Shown: in pieces, positions 34,830 through 42,788 of the stretch
Layout of the letters: the number at the start of each line of letters is the position of its first letter
Position numbering within the stretch: the first letter of the stretch is position 1
NCBI GenBank assembly: GCA_049999805.1
Contig: JBNGIO010006129.1
Coordinates: forward strand, 27,473 to 70,260
From: Folioceros fuciformis
Lineage: Eukaryota
DNA: 42,788 bases
Direction: 5' to 3'
The notes under the pieces: model-generated
What the model was told of the DNA's origin: nothing
Database searches by the model: none
The model's input: the letters and a program-made list of their open reading frames with translations, nothing else
Position numbers and translations under genes: made by a program

Positions 34830-35816
34830 TTACATGACAGATGTGTTAGGATCGCCGATGAGACCAAGGAAGTCGTCCTTGATTGTGCCTATGCAGAACT
34901 GCAGATTGGAAAAAGAAAGCATGAGAGGGTGGAAGGGTCTGAGGCATGCAAGGTGCGGGACGAAAGGTGTTGATTGCCTATACTCACGATCTCAGTCGCA
35001 TCGACGCGAGTACCCACGATCTTCAATCTGACCTCGCTGTCCTTCTGTATCCTTACCTGAGAAAGAAAGGGGAGAGTATCACAAGACTTGCTGTAACTTG
35101 GCATCAAAACAAACAGCATCGTCATAGACCATCATACCGAGCCATCAGCAGTCTCGTAGCTAGGAACATCTCCTGATTGGAACACCATGTCATCTGGTAT
35201 CAACTGTCAGACCCACGCATTGCGGGGTAAGAGACAGCGAAGGGATCGAAACCACTCTGTGCAAATTGTTGACTTGAAAAACAACTCACATGATTTGACA
35301 CGAAGATTTGGACAGGACCTGCTTCTGCGAAAAACCCCATCTGCAAACACCAGGAATGGTTCATCCGAGGACCATGATAAGCCTAAACCCTAAACACACG
35401 ACCTGAACTTCAACGATCCAGCCAGAACCTTGTTAACCATTGTCACCATGCTTTCCAAGACCTCTCCCTTAAAAGGTCTGAACACAACGCATTGGTACTT
35501 GACTAAGAAAGTCACAAAGCCTGTTCCATCACGGATCAATCCCTGCCCAACATTGTCGACGGCCGTGACAGCCACCACGAAGCCGTGCCTTCCGCTGTTA
35601 CGCCCCCAACGTTGGAGCCAAAAACCTTACAGCTGAGTAAACCTGCGTTTCTGACAGAAAGGAACGTCCCAGCAGGAACAAAACGGCCTCATTCACAGAC
35701 CTGCAGGTGCCCTCCACGTCCTGAATCAGCTTATTGACAAGTTTCTCCCTCAGATTAGGCCCGAAGTGACGAGGATGGAGCTGCAAATTCCGCTCCAAGA
35801 AGATATGGAAAAACAT
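34830..35816 (-). CDS. NRPB7: DNA-directed RNA polymerase II subunit RPB7
   Basis: Six exons: MFFHIFLERNLQLHPRHFGPNLREKL..VEGTCS|GRHGFVVAV..FRPFKGEVLE..VNK|MGFFAEAGPVQIFVSNH|LIPDDM..ADGS|VRIQKDSEVRLKIVGTRVDATEI|FCIGTIKDDFLGLIGDPNTSVM*. Confidence 0.96.
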
Positions 35817-35904
35817 CGCAGCGCCTCTTACAACTCCTCAGAAGGTGAGCATCGAAGTCCGCCCTTCGGGATTGCAAGGTTGGCGCACAAGTAGTCTTCA
35901 ACTT

Positions 35905-35965
35905 TCGAACGGGCTTTAGTACTAACGGGCTTTGGGGCCGCTGCGGCCTTTTATTTTGGGCCCTG
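35905..35965. promoter_or_regulatory. Site II-like GGGCC/GGGCT motif cluster upstream of NRPB7
   Basis: ACGGGCTTT x2, TTGGGGCCG and TTTGGGCCC within ~150 bp of the start codon, typical of plant housekeeping promoters. Confidence 0.4.
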
Positions 35966-36619
35966 CGCCGTGCTGCATATAAGAGCCTCGCTTTTTTATT
36001 TCCTCAAGGCGGATGGCTGTTTTATCTGTTGCACATCGCGAAACTTGTGCGCCTAGCCTTGACCCCTTGTCTCTCCATTATTATCCCATATAACGGATCG
36101 GGCAGGCTTCCGTCGGAACAAAAGAAAGTCGAACGAAAGTCTGGAGCGCACGCAAAAAAAATCCTTGCCCATTCTCGGTCTGTTTTTGTGTCCAAAAAAT
36201 AAGGATGTTTTGAATACGGATACCACGTCCAATTCTTAATTTCCACTCATCTCCAAAGGACTACATCCTAGAGAGATGTATTGTGTTGTTACAATAAAAC
36301 TTTGTATCATCGAGATTTATTTGCAAAAATTCTCTCCTTCTCTCATCATGGTTTAGATCTTAATTCTTTACATTGTGAAAGTTGCATGAGAAGAACTTCG
36401 TCTCCAAACTAAGTGGCTAAATCGTCAAACATTTCAGGATTTTACTAATAGGTCATGACCTTCCACATTGAGCTCACGACTTGCAGTTGTCAAAATTTCA
36501 AGACATTCTTAGAACTTTTACTCTGGTGTATGTATATAGCGAGCTATATAAGAGCTTTGAAGACATGGTTAGAAAGAGTGATTGTCTCACTTGTTGCTCA
36601 ATTGTGCGCCTACTACAGA

Positions 36620-37265
36620 CAGATAGCTTTGGAGGGCTTAAAGAGCAAGAATGTTAGAGTTGGCATGTGGGTATAGATTGCTACACACTCGTTACAAGTA
36701 TACTTGAATAAAGAGCAAATTGAATGTTGTATGTGAAGTGATAGCTTTGGAGGGATTGAAGAGCAAGCTTGTGAGAGTCGGAAGTTGGATATACATTGCG
36801 AGGCTCTTGTGTATTCTTGAATAAAGAACATGCTTTGGAGGGAGCTTGTGAGAGTTGACAATTGGATAGGGATTATAGAGCAAGCTTGTGAGAGTCGACA
36901 ATTGGATAGAGATTACAGAGCAAGCTTGTGAGAGTCGACAATTGGATAGGGATTATAGAGCAATCTTGTGAGAGTCGACAATTAGACATAGATTACTAGG
37001 CTCTTATTGTAAGTATTGTTGAATAAAGAACATATTGTGAAGGGATTGAGGAGCAATCTTGTGAGAGTTGACAATTGGATAGAGATTATAGAGCAAGCTT
37101 GTGAGAGTTGGGAATTGGACATAGATTGCTAAGCTCTTATTGTAAGTGTTATTGAATAAAGAACATTCGATGGAGGGAGTGAAGAGCAAGACAGATATAA
37201 ATTACTAGGCTGTTATTATAAATAGATTGCTAGGCTCTGGTTGTAAGTATTCTTGAATAAGAACT
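36620..37265. repeat. Minisatellite: 40-bp unit nested in longer degenerate units
   Basis: GAGCAAGCTTGTGAGAGTCGACAATTGGATAGGGATTATA at 36838, 36878, 36918, 36958 and again at ~37050-37130; recurring TTGAATAAAGAAC blocks. Confidence 0.9.
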
Positions 37266-37725
37266 TTTGAGCGCCATGTGTGGAGTGAATTGACTAGATT
37301 CGAGGCCATCGCTTGTTTAATTTCTAGAAAATTATTTAAATATTTTATAAATTCAGAATGTAAAATTCATAAGGTAAATACATGGATGGTTTGTGGAAGT
37401 GGCTTTCGAAAACATTAATTTAACCAATAAAGATATGCGTGTGATTGGAACCAGCTAAATCATGTTAGCTGGGTAACATGAGCAGCGGTGCGTACCAGCA
37501 CGGTGTAAGGCCATCGTGGCGGGGAAGAAGTTTGCTGTGAAAGCGTTGCAAGAGGAACCGCGAGGAGGCACCGGGAGCTGAAGTGGGCAGGGGCTTGATC
37601 ACTCCGTTGATGAGCAACCATGAACTGCTTTTGGGGACTACTTTGAAGGTTCCGTAGGATTGTCCAGGGCGTGCGATTGTAGTTCCAACTCTGTATGCAC
37701 AGCCTGCGATTCCTGAAGGGAGAAA

Positions 37726-40700
37726 ATGGGGAGATCAACCAATGGCAGCATCCTTTTTTCCCTCTTTGTGGGCTTCTCTTGGACGATCCTTGGTGTTGTG
37801 GCCAATGCGACCGTGAGGGGGATTTCGCCTGCAGGTGACCTAGCTCCTCCACGCTCATTGGCTTGATCACTGCAGGACGGCAACGTCGCGTTCAAGAATT
37901 GGTCAACTGAGTTATCATTTCAGTCAACTGATAGGTGTTCTTACTGATCGTAAAGACGAATGGTTTGGCTCCTGCTTGATGCAGATGAAAAATTTTATGC
38001 CGGCACCGTTATGTGGTGCAAGGATGGCTCAAAGAGTTTTCATAGGGAACGCTTGAATGACGATTTCTGTGACTGTGTCGATGGTACTGATGAACCAGGT
38101 ACTAAAGTTTCTGTGATTATGGGCTACAGTAGTTTGCAGTGGTACTGGGAAGTAGCACATTGTCATCTGCTATTCTTCAGCACGCATCCACGCAGGTGAT
38201 ATCTTTCTGTTTTGACCAGGGACATCTGCCTGCCCGGATGGGAAGTTTTATTGCTTCAACAGAGGGCATTCTCCACAATTCATATTTTCATCAAGGGTGA
38301 ACGATGGCATTTGCGGTGTGGCATTTCCCCCGGTTCTCTTCTTCAGGTTTTTTCATTTTAACTTACTTACGCTGGCCCCATCAACCTCCCATATATTCAT
38401 GTTACTAGCTTGATGCAGATTGTTGTGATGGGAGCGATGAGTATAACGGGCAAGTGAGATGTGCAAATACATGCTGGGAGGCAGGAAAGTCTTCTAGAAT
38501 GAAATTGTCAGAGAAAATCAATGCTCTAAAGGATGGTCTAAGCGTCAAAGCCAAGAAAGTTGAACTGGCGAAGAAATCCCGCAAGGAGAATGAGTTGGAA
38601 CTGTCCAAGCTGAAGACAGAAGAGAAGATACTTTCAGCCACTGTCAGCAAGCTTAACGGTTAGTCCTCATCCGGCTTAGCTCGTGTTTCAAAAGCTTTTT
38701 TGGTCAGGAAAACTAGAGAAGTGATCGTACTACTGCCTGGTATCAAGCTTGATTGTGATGTGTAACATGCTTGGTTTAAAGGTCCTGTGAGCGTCAATTG
38801 CTGCACGTTGTGATCTGGGACTAGCAAGGATAAGATAGGGCCTTCAGCAGTGCGTGGCCAGGATCTTTGAGCGAGTTATAATCTGCACGTGCGTGAGTTG
38901 CGTTTAGAATGGTTTTGAGGTGGTAAGGTGCAGGTTGTCTAGAGTGAGTAGGCTTATGATTGCAGCCTCTGGCCTGTTCCATGACAGACATGACACTGCT
39001 GGTGGCATGCGAGATGGTTTTGGTGGCTGCATTTTTCGGGTGGCTTTGTTGTGGTGGCCGAGTTCGCAAGGTGCACCCACGATTGAGGAGAGGCATACCT
39101 CATTAATATTGTTACGTGATCTCTGTGTTCTTGAGAAGTATGCAGACGTTCCTTCTACATGCTTGAGATGACATGATGGTGATGCCTTTCGCAAAGGCAG
39201 TATTTTGTTGCCTGTGCTTTGCACAAACCGCGCTGATTCTACAGGGTATCGTTAACATATTACAGTGGAAAAGGAAGCTGTAGAGGCGGCAGAGAGGCAG
39301 GCACAGCTTGAGAGAGAGAAGAAAGACAAGGAAGAGAGAGAAAGTAACGAGAGGGACTCGTCTGAAGCAGACGTCAAGGCAGATGAAGAAGAGGTAGTTT
39401 ACCCTTTGCTTTTGGGCCGTGCTTCTGGTTGCAGGAGTGGAGAGCAGTCAGTAGGTAGAGTGTAAAATGCATGGCTTGCTCTGAACTAGAATGTCCGCAA
39501 GGGAATTTTCTGTTCGATGAATGTCCTGGGATTCCATTTTTTTATCAAATTTTGACCTGGGGCCCAGCGCCTCCACTTGTAAGAACACGTAACTTGGGTA
39601 TTTAATATCAAGCTGGATATTATTTGATGTCACAAAGAGTTCTTTGCTATTGCAGGATGACTATGATGACGATTTTGTTACTGGTACTGAAGAGCAGACT
39701 ATGCCTTCAACAACAGCACACGACAGTGCCAACCCAAGTCATGATGTATTAGAACTTTCTCTGTCACGACCAAATTTTGTTTCCCTTCAGCCACCTGTAT
39801 GAGAAAATCTAGTATGTCTGAGGAGTCACTTTTCATGTGACTGGCGAGGCTGCCTCAATGTCCTGAGAAAGGATTGTGTGATTCTTGTACAGTCAGATCA
39901 AGCCAAAACGGCTGAGGTTGAACCAGCAGCAAGCAGCCAGACTGAAGGTGTAGGAGCCGAATCGAAGGCAGATGCTGAAGCAGTTGATTTGGAGAAGCTG
40001 TCTGAGGAGGAACTTGGCAGAGTAATAGCGTCTCGGTGGACGGGAGAAGCAACAGGTCTGGAGGGGAAAACGGAGGAAGTAGAAGACGTAGAGACAACTG
40101 AGGAGTTGGATGTTGAAGACCAGGAGGACTACGAACAGTTTGACGAAGATCTCCTTGTCCATGAAGACCATGCCCGTGAAGTTGATGACCTTGACAACTT
40201 TAGTGCAGGCACATCGGATTCCAAAGAGGGGCCAGGTTGGTACTGACACTTGCTGGCCACAGTTGCGCTTGTTTTGCCACCGTCATCAATTGCCTACAGT
40301 TTGCGCGTGTTTTGCCCCCGCCATCAGATTCTCTCTGTTTTCAAGTAGTGTTTTATCTGTTGAACCAGCGGCACAATCAGTTTGGTCCAAGATAACAGAG
40401 AAAGCCCAGGCTTTGTTGAGAGTGGTGGGACTTGCTACGGTCACGGTTGACAAGTCAGGTGACAAGGGCTGACCTGTTCACATGTCCGATATGCTATTTC
40501 TATGCTTGAATTCTAAGAGTTATTTTGTGAGGCAGCAGATGGTGATCGAATTAGAAGCCAGTATCGGGAGGCATCATCTAGGCTGTCAGATGCTCAATCA
40601 CAAATCTCTGACTTGGAGAGCCGATTAAAGGAAGATTTTGGTAATGGCCCAGGATTTGAATGTTGTTGAAGGAGTTTCCCTTTCATTGTTCTAAGGTCCT

Positions 40701-41727
40701 GGTGTCGCAGGGAAGGAAGGCGAGTTCTACCTGATGTATGGAGAATGTTATGAAACAAAGCAAAACAAGTAAGAGATATTTGCTGTCACAACTCTTCCGA
40801 GCGTCTTCTTTTCCATTGCCGTAGCCCGTCACTTCTGGATTTGTTTCACTGGGTGTCATTACACTGTTTGCTGTGTACAGGTACACCTATAAAGTATGCC
40901 CGTTTCGTCAAGCAACCCAACTTGAGGGCAGTTCAACAAGTCGATTGGGGTAACTATTCTGTCGTGTTCCATTTGTCGGCTGGTGGGTTTGGAATGTTGT
41001 TCGTCCCCCACGTGAAGGAGCTTGTTTTCCGTGTGTTTAAGTTCAATTCCTTTTCTGGTCACAAATATTCAACTGCTAGAAAGATTAAGTAGTGCGTGTA
41101 CTGTTTCTGGTTATTTTGTGCGGACTGGTGAGTCATCTTCTGAGATACCAGGCTTCATTTCTTCCTCCTTCTAATCAAGCAGCCATTGCAATCAGGTCGT
41201 GGAGTGGCTTTAAGGATGGGTACAGTTTTATGTTGTTTGATCACGGTGACACATGCTGGAATGGACCACCGAGGAGTCTTAGGGTACTTATATGACTTTT
41301 TCGGCTTCATTTATCAATGTGTTACGCTGCATTGGACCGATGTCACTAAAGTGATCGTGCTAGCTGCTGTGTTTATTCTGTTCTGGGTGCAGGTCCGGCT
41401 CCTTTGCGGATCCAAAACTGAGCTGCTTAATATTGACGAGCCAAGTCGTTGCGAGTAAGCGCTTGAAGTTCTGGCTTTAAGCTAGAAATGGTTGTGTGGC
41501 TCTGTTTGCTCTGTTCTCATTATGGCTAGTGCAGATATGTCGGAGACTTGTCTACTCCTGCGGCCTGTTCTGTGGCGAAGTTGCAGGTATCCCTCGTTGG
41601 CTGACCTTTAGTTCAACGGAGGAGTCCGCAGTGCTGATCATTCTGTCGGGTTTGTTGTTCTACTTAGGCACTGCAAGCTCAGCTGTTGGAGCTAACACAG
41701 GAAGTGGATGGCCATGAGGAGCTCTGA
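37726..41727 (+). CDS. PSL4: Glucosidase II beta subunit (PRKCSH / PSL4-like)
   Basis: Signal peptide ([25 protein letters not shown]), [49 protein letters not shown], acidic region with [20 protein letters not shown] domain ([27 protein letters not shown]), C-terminal HEEL*. Confidence 0.93.
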
Positions 41728-42368
41728 TTCAACACTAGTCACAATTTTGGCCACAGGTTTTCCAGCTCTGCCTAGGCATCTACGGAAGAAAATTCTGTAC
41801 GTACGTGGGGAGAAGGTAACGCCGTGAGAGAAGCTGTGTCGAGACAAGCAAGCAGGGTTGTAATTAGTAGGTCGTCTGTAACTCGACCTTCACAGATACC
41901 GGCGCCATGATCATTAACCTCAGTCGACCCACATTGGGTCGTTTTTATCCTTTTGGGCCGCTTAATTTTGTTTTCCAGGTTGATGTTGCGGCTCGTACTT
42001 GTGAGCAAAAGCTCAGGGTAGGGCTGATTTGAATCAAAATACTTGAAAAATATAAATGTTTATTATGGAAAAAAATTCCTCAAGTAGTTTAAGTTTAAAC
42101 TGATTCGGAACGTGGTTTGAGGCAACCACTTCCTAAGAGCATGGGTCACATTGTTAGTAAAAGGTGGAATCCACTGAACAACGAGTGCCTTCCTCACAAA
42201 AACCTATAGCACTAGGGTACATGCCTAAACATTCTATGCACCTTTACATTTTTTAACAAAGTATTTTTTATGATTGAAAAAGAGATGGAACGTCTCATCT
42301 ATTCCAAAGATTGGAGGAACAACCCCGTTAGGGCCAAAGGCAAAAAGAGGTACTCTCCCCTGCGAATA

Positions 42369-42788
42369 TCATTTTTGAAAACTACCTATTGCTCCCAAAA
42401 TGTCATGATGTGGAATAACAAAAGGCCTACCTACCACCGATGTCGAAGAAGCCGCTTGACCTGCACTTGTTGCTATTCTAAAAACTGCTTTGGCCAATGC
42501 TCGTTGCAAAGCAATGGATACATGTTGTCGAAAGAAGGCCACCACAAAGGAAAGAGGGAGAACACCATTCCTATTGCTCTGATAAACCTTGGCGCACTCC
42601 TTGATAAACCTTGAAAAGTCCTTGCCTATAGCTCCATGAGTCTCAAGAGCAAGGAGGATGAAAGTATGCTCGTCTTGCAAGGGAGAATACTTATGGACTT
42701 GTGCACTTGCACAACCCTCTGCTACCCAACCAGGGGGGTTAATGATGACGTGCTCACAAATCGAATCCCTAGTGGGATCCGTAACAAC
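42369..42788 (-). mobile_element. 3' end of an RLE-type (CRE-like) non-LTR retrotransposon, cut by the window edge
   Basis: VVTDPT...AQVHKY...HTFILLALETHGAIG...FFRQHVSIALQRALAKAV resembles the C-terminus of restriction-like-endonuclease LINEs (FIPxAxETxG...QRLSIALQR). Confidence 0.55.

Noticed and set aside
36838-37130. CRISPR-like array
   Set aside because: Units are head-to-tail with no unique spacers, no cas genes are present, and the context is eukaryotic.

Overview
Eukaryotic nuclear DNA from a land plant. Compact genes with short GT-AG introns of about 65-130 nt suggest a non-seed plant such as a hornwort or lycophyte, but this is inference only. Host genes: an intronless class-3 lipase (-), a decayed and an intact ALT/MKS2-type acyl-lipid thioesterase (+), a UTR7-like nucleotide-sugar transporter (+), a GH3 acyl-acid amido synthetase pseudogene (+), an F-box/WD40 gene (-), RNA polymerase II subunit RPB7 (-) and glucosidase II beta subunit (+). 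The centre (about 16.55-30.1 kb) is a nested transposon stack that can be reconstructed from target-site duplications (TSDs). An old 5'-truncated Ty1/copia (+) is split by a 5'-truncated L1 LINE (-). The LINE in turn carries a solo LTR, a ~190-bp insertion and a full-length Ty1/copia (-) with 169-bp LTRs. Most notable: both copia elements carry a long antisense reading frame between RNase H and the PPT, and in the outer element this frame only becomes continuous once the LINE is excised in silico. The window also holds a perfect 40-bp palindrome, minisatellites and, at the right edge, the 3' end of an RLE-type (CRE-like) non-LTR element. All family assignments come from motif recognition by eye; no database searches were run.
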